Shown here in pieces: positions 14,499 to 26,660 of a stretch of 64,000 bases of DNA. The notes beneath the pieces were generated by a model that saw nothing but the letters and a program-made list of their open reading frames with translations, searched no databases and had not been told where the DNA came from. The stretch spans positions 131,254,001-131,318,000 of the forward strand of contig NC_043001.1 of the NCBI RefSeq assembly GCF_006345805.1, given 5' to 3'. The first letter of the stretch is position 1. Each line of letters opens with the position of its first letter. The DNA comes from Octopus sinensis (taxonomy: Eukaryota). Position numbers and translations under genes: made by a program.

Positions 14499-15020
14499 TT
14501 AAGAGTGATTATTAACCAAAGCAATATTAGACAAAAGTTATAGACCATCCTTCAAATAAGGACAATAAATGTATAGCTGTATTAAAAAGTTTGATTTTTT
14601 TCTTTTTTAATTTGTAAATCTTTCATAAAATAACCATGATAACGATGAAGGAATTTTTTTACGTGTATGGGGGTTGAGGAGGAATGAAAAGAAACATGTT
14701 GCATAACTAATTTTTATGTGAGTAAATAACACTAAGCTTATTTGTTTGTTTCATTTGTTTCAAGAGATTGGTATTTTTCTTAGAGATCTGAATTTTTTTT
14801 TCCATTTGTTAGATAACAAATGAGAATATAAATAAGATGAGAGTTTTTAATGACAATGCCAATACAGAAAGCAAGGTTGTCTACAATCTAGACATAATCT
14901 ATATTTTTACTCATACCAATAATCTATATAATTATTTTATCTATAAGCTGTAACTCTTTGAATTCATGAAGGTTGTATTTTAGCTTTTCTGCAGATAGAT
15001 AGTTTAGGGCATATGTCACA

Positions 15021-15386
15021 TTTACTCTTTTACTTGTTTCAGTCATTTGACTGCGGCCATGCTGGAGCAACGCCTTTAATCGAGCAACTCGACCCCGGGA
15101 CTTATTCTTTGTAAGCCCAGTACTTATTCTATCGGTCTCTTTTGCCGAACCGCTAAGTAACGGGGACATAAACACACCAGCATCGGTTGTCAAGCAATGC
15201 TAGGGGGACAAACACAGACACACAAACACACATATATATACATATATACGACGAGCTTCTTTCAGTTTCCGTCTACCAAATCCACTTTGGTCGGCCCGAG
15301 GCTGTAGTAGAAGACACGCAGTGGGACTGAACCTGGAACCATGTGGTTGGTAAGCAAGCTACTTACCACACAGCCACTCCTGCGCC
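15021..15386 (-). mobile_element. SINE family A (two small internal deletions)
   Basis: Reverse complement of family A, from the TTTACTCTTTTACTTGTTTCAG tail to the CACAGCCACTCCTGCGCC head. Confidence 0.9.
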
Positions 15387-16465
15387 TAGGTCTGAATAAT
15401 ATTCCTAAAGTATATACTTAGGAAAAATATACAATGAAAATTCTCTCACTACACTGAGGTAAAAAAAAAAGTGTAAATTCCATTTCATAACATTTAGAAA
15501 TGTATTCTATAAAAGCAGTTCTATGCTTTTGTTTGAATTTGACTATTACCAGCATAGAGGTACAAATGTGAAATGTTTAGAAAACACAAATACATGCAAG
15601 TTCACATGGTTGGGCACACACACACTTGAATAGTATATAGTAAAATGCTGTAACAGGCACGGCAATTTGAAAAATATACGAAAAATACATGCTAAAAGAA
15701 AAGTTAATTTTCATAAAGCAAAATTTTAGATATTTAAAAAGATTCACAAATTTTTGAATATATCTAAAATTAATTTCTCAGAGTTAATCATTAATAAGTA
15801 TGACTTGTTAGCAACTATGAAATTTTCAGAAGAAATGATTAAATGTATATTCTAAAATGACTTGAAATTAAGAGCAGGTGAGATATAAAACATTAGCTGA
15901 GAAACAACAGAAAATTGTACTTTTAAAAACCATCTGTTCAAATATTTGTTGTTGAGTAGGCATAAGCGTTTTCAAATTCTTTCATATGAATACAAAAGTC
16001 TACTCTATTTTATTAGGATAATATCACTGCTAATTAATAAATAAAAATTAATAGAAATTTATTTTTAACAGGTAAGCATCTTTTAAGAAATATGAATATA
16101 TCATTAATTCATAAAAGAGCCAACTTCACACTAAATTAAATCCTCATGTAATGTATAATATAGACTCATAACCATTTGAAACTGTTCCATTTAATTATGA
16201 ATGAATTATAATTTGAATCAATTATGACAGATAACACACAATATAGTCTTGCAGAAAACCTATGTTTTTATTTCAAGAAAGATAATTGAACTTTTGTTTG
16301 TGAATATCCTTGAGTATCCATTTATCTAAATCTGCTATGAGATGCATTCAAACTTCTTTTGTGATAAAAATATATGAAACTGAAAACAAAGTAATAGCTA
16401 ATGAATTAATGTGAGAATGTTGTGCATACCTGAAAGTGTTAAGGAAACTCCTATGGATAATTATA

Positions 16466-16689
16466 TATTTCTTTACTACCCACAAGGGGCTAAACATAGA
16501 GGGGACAAACAAGGACAAACAAACGGATTAAGTCGATTACATCGACCCCAGTGCGTAACTGGTACTTGATTTATCAACCCCAAAAGGATGAAAGGCAAAG
16601 TCGACCTCAGCGGAATTTGAACTTAGAACGTAACGGCAGACAATTATGGCTACGCATTTCGCCCGGCGTGCTAACATTTCTGCCAGCTC
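16466..16689 (-). mobile_element. SINE family B
   Basis: Reverse complement of family B, from the tail TATTTCTTTACTACCCACAAGGGG to the head TTTCTGCCAGCTC. Confidence 0.9.
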
Positions 16690-19306
16690 AGAAACTAGTT
16701 GCAACAAGTCCCAGAGGAATTTACATAATATATTTCCAATATATTGGTTTTCTTATTGACAACTGAATTAATCCAGTGAATTGAAGGTGTTTTATTTTTT
16801 TACAGAAGAAAGGGGAAAGAAGATAGATATAATGTTATTCAGAAAAGATAAGTAGATAATTAGACACTATCTAGTCCACATGAAATGGTTTGCACCCAAC
16901 TGACTGCTAACCCAATAAATTAATGATAATCAGTAAATTTCTAATATAAGAATGAGAAGAAAAATCAAATCTAGTTAAATTTGAACTCAAATCTGGATGC
17001 TTGTCCTCACTATTTCCAAAGTGGTAATCAATAATCCAAACATGAAAAATTTTCAAAAAGAATTCATTTTAGCTATTAAATAAACTAGTGATTTTAGTTA
17101 GTACTACTTGATAATTATATATATAAACACTTTCATTATTTCAAAGTGCAAAGAGGGAACAAATATTTTTGATTAAACAAATATCCTCTAAGAGATATTT
17201 TCATTAAAACAGTGCGTAATGATGACTTATACATACTTAATTTACAATCAAATTTTACTTTCATTTAAGAGGTATTTATCGAAACAAACTCCAAACAAAA
17301 GTTCAAGGTTTAAAATGGTGGCATGAGTATGATATTCAATGCTCTAAAGTTTCCTTGTTTTCAAGATAAAAGACAATCAAAATAACACATATGGACCTAT
17401 ATTTATAACTATACACTATGCTAAAATATTTGTAAATGTACACTACGCTAACAAAATTATTTTAAATTTTGATAAATATATTAGTGTCATCTTTTCATTC
17501 ATATGAAACAAAATTTGAAAGCATATCATGTTAGTTTACCAAAACTATGACAAATATTTTCACTTTTACAAAATGCTATTTTAGAACAGTATGGTTGGTT
17601 AGTACAATAAAATGCCAGATTCTCCAGAATATTAATTACGCTTTAGTTGAATTAGCTCTTCATTGTTCAATTACAGATAAAACTATGTGTAAATATAATA
17701 TAGGAATAAATGATTCAATAAGAAAAATACTCATGCATTGAATCTTCTTGCCATAAGTAATTGACTAAATCCTTGAATGATTAGAGCTATGGTGCTGATG
17801 AATTTATAATATATACATGAATATATGGTACTTAAAGAATATAAGTTATTTTTGGTCTGTAGTGAGATAGGCTTTTCTATGTTCTAAATATCTTTTAATA
17901 ATAATTGCATATTGAAACTATGAGGCTGAGAATTGCATTTTATATTACATCTCTTAATGTCAAGTGTATTGTTTGTCAATCATTTTTATTCAGAGCATTA
18001 ATTAAACTTTAAACAAAAGTTGTACTGTGCTTTCATTTTAAAATGTATTCTATGAAAGTTCAACTTAAATTTTGAGATTCAGATGCTTAGTAAATTATCT
18101 ATCATGTTACTGTTATAAACCTTCACAAAGAAAACATTGAAAGAATAGAGACTTTCATAGCTCTTTTGAAGATTTAACAAAATCTGTGAATATAGACTAT
18201 CCCACTGTCTACTAATCATTGCTGTTGTATAGGATAAATAACTTTCACCTTCCAATTAAAATGTTCATTCTTAAAATTCATATTCAATTGCCAAACATGG
18301 ACTTAATACAAATTCCTTAAGTAACAGTAAATAAAATCAATTGCAAGTAATAACATTCCTTTTTACAAATTGTATTAATAAGAAAAAACTGAGTTCATTT
18401 CATGTTAATTATCTTAGAAATTTAAGAATACATTTTTATTTTGTTCATTGTTAAAATTTGCATATATAATTTTCTCAGTACATTAATGGCTAAAATATTC
18501 CAATACATTCTTTTAAAGAGATAAGCATTCTATACTTTCTACCGTATTTATTGTATATTAAATCCTAATTTTCTATAATATTAATTCATAAATGCAAAGA
18601 ATTTTTAGATAATTCAAAAACACATGTTCACAGTAAAAAATGTGACTAATCTGAATATTTTAAATGTACACTTTGTTTATATATTTTGTTTTTTGGTTAA
18701 GCATGTACATCAATATAAACAAGGATTAACAACTGGTAGCAATTAATCAATGCAAATTGATATTTCTAAATCTTTAATTTTAACATTTAATCATTACTAA
18801 TGGCATATCAAAGACAGAAACGCATTTAGTCCAACTAATATTTACAATGAAAGAAATTAAACATGAAAACAAACAAATATTCCCAATTTTTAATCATCAA
18901 ACCTGAACAATTTTAGTTTCAAATTTATTTGCTCCTTGATTCCTCTTAGATTTCTAATTCATTACAATTTTCACCAATTCTTTTACAAAGTGATTAATCT
19001 GGTTTTCTATCAAATAATCTATGTCCGTAAATGAAAATATTTCTGATATGTTCTAGTTATGAGTACTATATTGAAACCCTTCATAAATTCAATAGAGTGA
19101 TTCAAATCATTAATTTATAAACCGCATGTTACCTAAGATCACAATTAGCACATGTAAAAAAACATTCCAGAATACTTTAAAAAACAACAGCCCAAGTGAA
19201 AAGACAATTGAAACAAAACAATCAATTGAAAAAGTAAATTAAAATAACCAACTGAACAGGTGAATGAATGTATAAGGCAAACAAAATAAATTGAACAGGT
19301 ACTTAC

Positions 19307-19428
19307 CTGTTTTGAAATACTTTCCAAAACACTTTAGAATTTTCTGTAGTAGTTGACTGCAGTTCCATATCTCTTGATGCAGCAAACATTTGAACACCAT
19401 TTAAAGTACCAATGAGTGGAAAAGGAAG
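19307..19428 (-). CDS. FUZ: internal coding exon of protein fuzzy (planar cell polarity effector, CPLANE subunit), first longin domain
   Basis: 122-nt exon with poly(T)-AG acceptor (19429-19430) and GTAAGT donor (19301-19306), phase 0 to phase 2. Translates LPFPLIGTLNGVQMFAASRDMELQSTTTENSKVFWKVFQN(S/R), which I recognise as homologous to human FUZ LPFSVIGSLNGVHMFGQNLEVQLSSARTENTTVVWKSFHDS (recalled, not searched). Absent from the ORF track because it has no start codon. Confidence 0.9.
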
Positions 19429-21099
19429 CTAAAAAAAAAAATCAAACAAATTTACTTAAAAAATGTTAAATAATACACAATATATAATACACAAATAAGT
19501 ATGCATTCACATGCATATATTCATGCATACACACTTTTGCATATTAATTGAAAGCTAAGTATATTCACTTAGGTAAATGTGCAAGGTCAGTATTAAGATA
19601 TTAATGCAATTAAAATGTTTGAAACAGGAAGTTCCTCAATAAACTTACACAATACATCTCACTTATTAGGTACATCTAGATTGATCTTCCTGTTTGATAA
19701 AGAGCGCAATTATAACATTGCCCTCAGAGGCATTAAGAGAGCTTTTGATCATCTCAATTATCTCACAACAATCAATTTAAAAGGCCAATAAAATATCTAT
19801 ATGTGTGCATATTAGTGTATGCGTAAGAGTGTATGAATATATGTATATATATATACATATGTATATACACAAACACACACATATATATATATGTAATATA
19901 CACACACGTGTATATATCACACACCACATATATATCTATATTTTTATATAAAAGTTTGTTTAAAATGTGTAAATAAGCTAAAAGTAAGCTAATTTTTTAA
20001 GTCATTATTTAAATCAACTTCACTTTCAGGTCTATATTAAATACATACATAAAATAGGCTTAAAAAAATTATAGGGAAATAAAATCAACATGAAAGTGAA
20101 TATATGAACAATTACAAATATACATATTTAAAAGAATCTTAATATGGAAAACCAAACATTGCTTTAGGGTGCTGAGTAATGAAGCTTATCAAGATGAGCT
20201 CCAGCCATTTAATTTCTGAATCACTGACTTAAAACAGGGGAACTAAATGCAACATTTTATAATGTTCTCTTATTTAATTAAAAGAAGTTTCCCTTTCTTT
20301 ATCTAAAAATCATTCTTTTAAGTTTTACTACAATATTAAATTTAAAATTTATACATAACCTGTACTTCTTTTAATACCTAAACTTTACAATAAATATTCT
20401 CCAAGGTAAAAAGGAAAATTCTAATTTTAATTAGCATTTAAATACACTAGAGAATGAATTAAAAGAAAATAAAACCATTCTAAAGAGAAAAAAAGCAATA
20501 TTTTTCAAGATTTTTGATTGTCAAAAATTTTAAGTTCTTTGAATTATAGTCATAAATTCTTAATATGCAATAAAATTAATTTCCTTTTCTTCAGAAAAAG
20601 TTTTGACTCATATGTGCCTAAGTAGAAGTAATCTTTAGAGTTCACTTTTGCGTTGATGAAATATTTCAACTAAAACTTAAAATTACTAACTTAGAAAGAA
20701 ATAGAAAAATTTGAATTATCATGTAATACCGTTTTTTTATATTTACATAAATATGTTTTCAATTCAAACTTTGGCTATTGATACTATTTTGTTATAAGTT
20801 TTAAAAGTGAACCAGAAAAATTCATACACATATATTTATACATGTACATACACAGATACATACAAATACATAGACATATACACATGCATATACACATTCA
20901 CATTTATGCATATTTAGTTATACTTGTCCATTAAATTCAATGTTAACAGTCTTACTCAATTATGGATTCTTTGATGACTGCACTTCTTAAAGACTAGCAG
21001 CAACAAGGATAGAACCATCTTGGTGACAACAGCATTACAACAGCCAATGCCAAAGCTATTCCTGTCACATGCCTTCACAAGCTATGGAAGTAATGGTTT

Positions 21100-21246
21100 C
21101 GCCATGGTCGACTTTGTCTTTCATCCTTTCGGGGTCGATTAAATAAGTACTAGTTACGCACTGGGGTCGATATAATCAATTTAATCCGTTTGTCTGTCCT
21201 TGTTTGTCCCCTCTGTGTTTAGCCCCTTGTGGGTAGTAAAGAAATA
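21100..21246 (+). mobile_element. SINE family B, 5'-truncated
   Basis: GGTCGACTTTG.CTTTCATCCTTTCGGGGTCGAT through GTGGGTAGTAAAGAAATA. Confidence 0.88.
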
Positions 21247-21299
21247 GGTATTTCATCAGCAGAGAATATATGATGCCTTTATTGCTGCAAAAACAGTTG

Positions 21300-21778
21300 C
21301 CACCTATAACGTTTAAAATCTTGATCTACATTGCAGGAGGTGATAACCAGTCCTGTGACAAGACTGAGGACAACTGGAGGATCTTTGGATGCTGAGCCTC
21401 ACTGAGGAAATGACGATAGAACAGGAGATGTGGCGATTTGCTGTACTTGATAAGTCATGTCAAGCTAAATAAAATTGCTATCTTCCACATATAATGACTT
21501 GTCCTTTCAGGTGTCACTGCCACTAAAAAAAGCACCCAAGCTGGTGCTGTGTTAAAGCACCTGTTCCAGGACTGCGAAAATACCCCCATGCTGGTGGCAT
21601 GTAAAAAGCACCCACCCAGCACACTTTTAAGTGGTTCGGATGAGGAAGGGCATCAAGCCATAGAAACCATGCCTCAACAGACAGCTATAATCTGGACAGC
21701 TCCCTGCTAGCCAGCTCCACATTAAACCATCCAACTCATGCCAGCGTGAAAAGCAGATGTTAAACAATGATGATGATG
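21300..21778 (+). mobile_element. decayed RTE LINE 3' end (ORF end, 3' UTR, (TGA)n tail)
   Basis: CTCACTGAGGAAATGAC...TGTGGCGATTTGCTGTACTTGA and AAAAAGCACCC motifs shared with 53090-53870; ends AAACAATGATGATGATG. Confidence 0.75.
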
Positions 21779-21927
21779 TACTGCACTAACCCCTGTTTTG
21801 CTAGTCTCATTTAAAAAGCAGCAGAGTAGTGCAAATGGGTCACTCCCATTCCTAACATAACTGAGGAACCATTCTGAAAATTAACTAGGAGATCATCACT
21901 CCCAAAGTGGTATATATGTCCCACATA

Positions 21928-22158
21928 AGGCGGCGAGCTCGCAGAAACGTTAGCACGCCGGGCGAAATGCTTAGCGGTATTTCGTCTGCGTTACGTTGTG
22001 AGTTCAAATTCAGCCGAGGTCGACTTTGCCTTTCATCCTTTCGGGGTCGATAAATTAAGTACCAGTTACGCACTGGGGTCGATGTAATCGACTTAATACC
22101 TATGTCTGTCCTTGTTTGTCCCCTCTGTGTTTAGCCCCTTGTGGGTAATAAAGAAATA
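21928..22158 (+). mobile_element. full-length SINE family B with 19-bp target-site duplication
   Basis: GGTATATATGTCCCACATA at 21909-21927 and 22159-22177 flanks a complete 231-bp copy. Confidence 0.95.
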
Positions 22159-22469
22159 GGTATATATGTCCCACATACCATTGTTATCTGTTGAACCTGT
22201 ACTGAGGCCATCCCTTTTGACAAGTTTTCCAAAAATCCAGCTCATCAGCCTAGCATGTCATTCATGACATGCCTATGTAACAGGTTGTAGCGGACTGTAT
22301 TTTAGTAGTAACAATTAATGTAACCTAATACACACTTGCATACTTGCACACATGCTACCCAAAATCTCTAACCTTGACGGAGGTAAAGACTCAAAGAATT
22401 AACATTGTAGAGAAGTAGTAACACAAAATAATATACTTCAATTAGAATAAGCTACTAAATAAAGTTCTT

Positions 22470-22870
22470 GGGAGTGGCTGTGTGGTAAGTAGCTTGTTTA
22501 CCAGCCACATTGTTCCGGGTTCAGTCCCACTGCGTGGCACCTTGGGTAAGTGTCTTCTACTATAGCCTCGGGCCGACCAAAGCCTTGTAAGTGGATTTGG
22601 TAGACAGAAACTGAAAGAAGCCCGTCGTATATATATGTATATATATATGTGTGTGTGTGTGTTTGTGTGTCTGTGTTTGTCCCCCTAGCATTGCTTGACA
22701 ACCGATGCTGGTGTGTTTATGTCCCCGTTACTTAGCGGTTTGGCAAAAGGGACCGATAGAATAAGTACTGGTCTTACAAAAGAATAAGTCCCGGGGTCGA
22801 GTTGCTCGATTAAAGGCGGTGCTCCAGCATGGCCACAGTCAAATGACTGAAACAAGTAAAAGAGTAAAAG
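22470..22870 (+). mobile_element. SINE family A
   Basis: GGAGTGGCTGTGTGGTAAG head through the GAAACAAGTAAAAGAGTAAAAG tail. Confidence 0.92.
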
Positions 22871-23689
22871 AGAGAGAGAGTATATGCACACACGTGTATG
22901 CATGTGTGTGTGTCTGTGTGTGTGTGCATGCTCACGTGTGTGCATCTGAGACTGTTTTACAACCAGTGTTGTTTATGTGGTGTCATTTTATATCCTGTAA
23001 CTTAGTGATTCAACAAATATTCTGATAAAATAAGTGGCAAACTTAAAATAATTACTGGGGTCCATACAATTGAACACAGACATACATATCTTCTTCTACA
23101 TACATAGAGAAAGAATGAGAGAGAGAGAGAGAGAGAGCAGGGCAAAAATTATAGAGTGGGGAAGTTTACAATGAGAAAAGCATAAAACACTGAGATAGAC
23201 AGATAGGAAAGGGTATGTATAAAGGGTACATAGATTCAGTTGTTTTCTGTGACTGATTTGCATTACATGTCATATTGAGAGAGAGAGAGTGGGGAACAGC
23301 ATGCCTGAGAGATATACATATAGAGAGAAGATGAGAGAGTGTTTGGTAAATATATATATAGGGGAAAAGTGTAAAAGACGAAGACAGACAGAGAGATAGG
23401 TAGATGGACAGAACTCACACACACATGCGACACAACTCACATACACATGTGACACAATTCATACACACATGTGACAACTCACGCACACATGCACATGTAA
23501 ACTTACTCAGGTAATCATTGAATTTAAGACGGTGGATTCTAAAGACATTCAAAGTTGGCAATCTGGCAGTTCAGTTATTTCTTGGCGCAAATTACATTTT
23601 TTGACTAATAAACATTGAAAAAATTCCCCTTTAGAGGTAAATTCCAAAATCCACATCTGAATTTCTCAAATACACATTCTGTTGTGGCA

Positions 23690-23741
23690 TTTTGGAAATA
23701 CACACACATATACATACACAAGAAATCGTTTATATAGCAGG

Positions 23742-23800
<59 letters not shown>

Positions 23801-24182
23801 GCACATACACATATACTTATACACACATATATACATACATAAATAAATATATATACATATACATATATATGTACAAACATGCATACGTATACATATATGT
23901 ATACATATCCATATATATACACATATATACACACACATGTATACATACATACATACACACATATATATATATGTGTGTGTATATAGACAAAGGTAAGTAG
24001 GATACTTACTAACCACATGGCTCCGGGTTCAGTCCCACTACGTAATACATTTGCCAAGCATTTTCTAGTATACACACACATATATGAATACATCTATATA
24101 TACACACATATATACATACAAATATATAACACATGTATATATATTTGCATATATATATATATATATATATATACATTTGCAT
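23690..24182. repeat. compound (TA)n/(CA)n microsatellite field containing a SINE-A head fragment (23992-24052, +)
   Basis: Long TA runs and TACA variants; embedded GGTAAGTAG...CACATGGCTCCGGGTTCAGTCCCACT. Confidence 0.85.
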
Positions 24183-24479
24183 ATGTAGAGGCAAGTGAAA
24201 TCGAAATCAAATTCGATGACAGCACTGCATGACTGGCATCCATGCTAGTAATTGTTGCTCAAGCAACTGACTGGCTCCCATGCTGGTGCAACTTAAAATC
24301 AGGAAAGGAAAGAAAAGACAGAGAACCTCACATTTTGAGCGAAGCTCTTCATCAGAAATATAGAAAAATCCAAAGAAGGGAAGACATAGAAAGAAAATCG
24401 CAAACAATACACACACACACACAGAGTCACATATCAAAATGACTGGAAGGGAATGGGTGAATAAAAAGTTCTTTCAAAG

Positions 24480-25713
24480 ACAGGAGAGTGCAAGAGAAGG
24501 AGGTATGTGTGTGTATGTATGAGTATGTGTGTGCGTGCAGGTCTGTGTGAGTGCGTGTATGTGTAATGATAGCACAGGATGTGCATGTGTGTATGGTTGT
24601 GGCTGTTTATGTATGTGTGTGGTTGGACTTAGTATCATTTAAGGTCACTGGAAGAATTATAGTAAGAATTTTGGTAGGAGTGGCTGTCTGTTGTGTGTCA
24701 ACCTACACATGTGCATAGGAGAATGGTCAGTAGAAAGGTACTGGTAGTCTGAAGTATGTGGTGTGTGTACGTGTGGGTATATGTATATGCATGGAGTAAC
24801 TGTACTTTTGTGTGTGTGTATATGCGTGTGTGTGTATGCGTGTGTGTGCTTGTATGTGCATGTGTGTACATGTATGTATAATTGTGTGTGTGTATGTATG
24901 AGTGTGTGCTGTGTGTGTATGGGAGGTATGTGTGGATTCATTTGCGTGTGTGGGTGGGTGTGTGTGCATGGGTACATGTGCATTTTGTGCGTGTGCAAGT
25001 GTATGTTTGTTTGTGTGTGTAGGTTCTGTAGGGGGTACAGGTGCATTTTTTGCACGTGTATGCACGTGCATGTGTGTGTATGTCATGTAGTTGTGCGTGT
25101 GTGTGTGTGCATATGCAGGTGGGTGCATATATGTGTATGCATGGGGTTGTGAGTTAGGTATGCATGCATTCCTGTGCGTGTGTGTATGCATGTGTGTGCA
25201 CGTGTATGTACATCTATATGTGTATGTGTGTGCATGTATGTATATATTGTGTATGTATGTGTATGTGTGTGTATGTCTGTATGAGTATGCATGTGTATGT
25301 ATGTGTGCATATGTGTGTGTGTATGTGTATATGTACATGTGTGTGTGTTCGCATGTGTGTATGTGCGTGCGTGTGTAAACGTGGAGATGAGTCAGGTTGT
25401 GTGTATGCGTGTGTGCTTGAGTATGTATGTCTCTGTGGTTGTGTACGCGAGTACGTTTGCGTGTGCATGTATATGTGTGTATGTGTGTGCATGGTGTTGT
25501 GTGGGTTAGGTGCCTGTGTATTCCTCTGTGTGTGTGTGTGTGCGTTTTTGTACATGTGTGCACGCATGGGTGTATGTGGGTGTGTGTGTGTATATACATA
25601 TATACATATATATATATATATACACACATGCATTTAAACACATATATATATATATATATATATATAAACAAACATATATATATATACACACACACATAAA
25701 CACACATGCACAG

Positions 25714-25746
<33 letters not shown>

Positions 25747-25760
25747 CATATATGCCATGA
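24480..25760. repeat. ~1.3-kb cryptically simple (TG/TA/TATG) array
   Basis: Near-continuous purine-pyrimidine alternation; source of the spurious C/V/Y and H/T-rich ORFs, including the 343-aa one. Confidence 0.95.
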
Positions 25761-25926
25761 CAGATCACAAGCCACTACACATTCTTTATTTTCTTTCCTT
25801 GTTCCTTTCTGTGGGGGAGCGCAGGCTTGAAATGTTAATGACTTTTTCACTTCCCGAGCATTAAACTAATACATCTGTTTGTTATCTCCACCACCTGTCT
25901 TCCTCCTTTGTTTTTCATGAATTCTC

Positions 25927-25972
<46 letters not shown>

Positions 25973-26064
25973 ACATATATATATATTTACATATACACAC
26001 ATATATATATTTACACATACACACATATATATATTTACACATACACAGATATATATATATTTTG

Positions 26065-26607
26065 TCTCTTTGTCTTCTCTCCTGGTGCTGTATGGTTTTT
26101 GATGTGATTTTAGAGTCAAGTTTTGACTGCTATCTCTAGCATCATGGTATCTTTTAGATATTCTTAATTATAATTTTAATAATTATTACCTATGAGGTTT
26201 TATTACCATGCTAGCTACTTGATATTATTGGTTTTTAAATAATGATCTTATCCTTATTTATATAAATTTATATATTTTCTTTGTTATTATATTCACTGCG
26301 GTAGTATTTTGACCATTATAGCATGTTGAGTTTAGAGAGGTAATTTAAAATGGTCATGTGCATACGTGTGTATACGTGTGTATATGTAAGTATTTGTATG
26401 TTATATATATATATACATATATTAATAAATGAAATAAAACATATGCATATATATAAACATATATGTACGTACCTACCTCTACATGTACATATACACGCAT
26501 ATATGAGTACAGGACACCAAAAAGATGTCGAACACAATGAGAACGAAAACATAGACACAAACCCAAGGAACTGGACATTTTTTTAAAACAACAAAAAAAT
26601 AGAGTAC

Positions 26608-26660
<53 letters not shown>

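Noticed and set aside
14912-14992. Minus-strand AG...GTATGA pair (72 nt) as a candidate FUZ exon 3
   Set aside because: The phase required by the 19307 donor gives an in-frame stop and there is no FUZ similarity.
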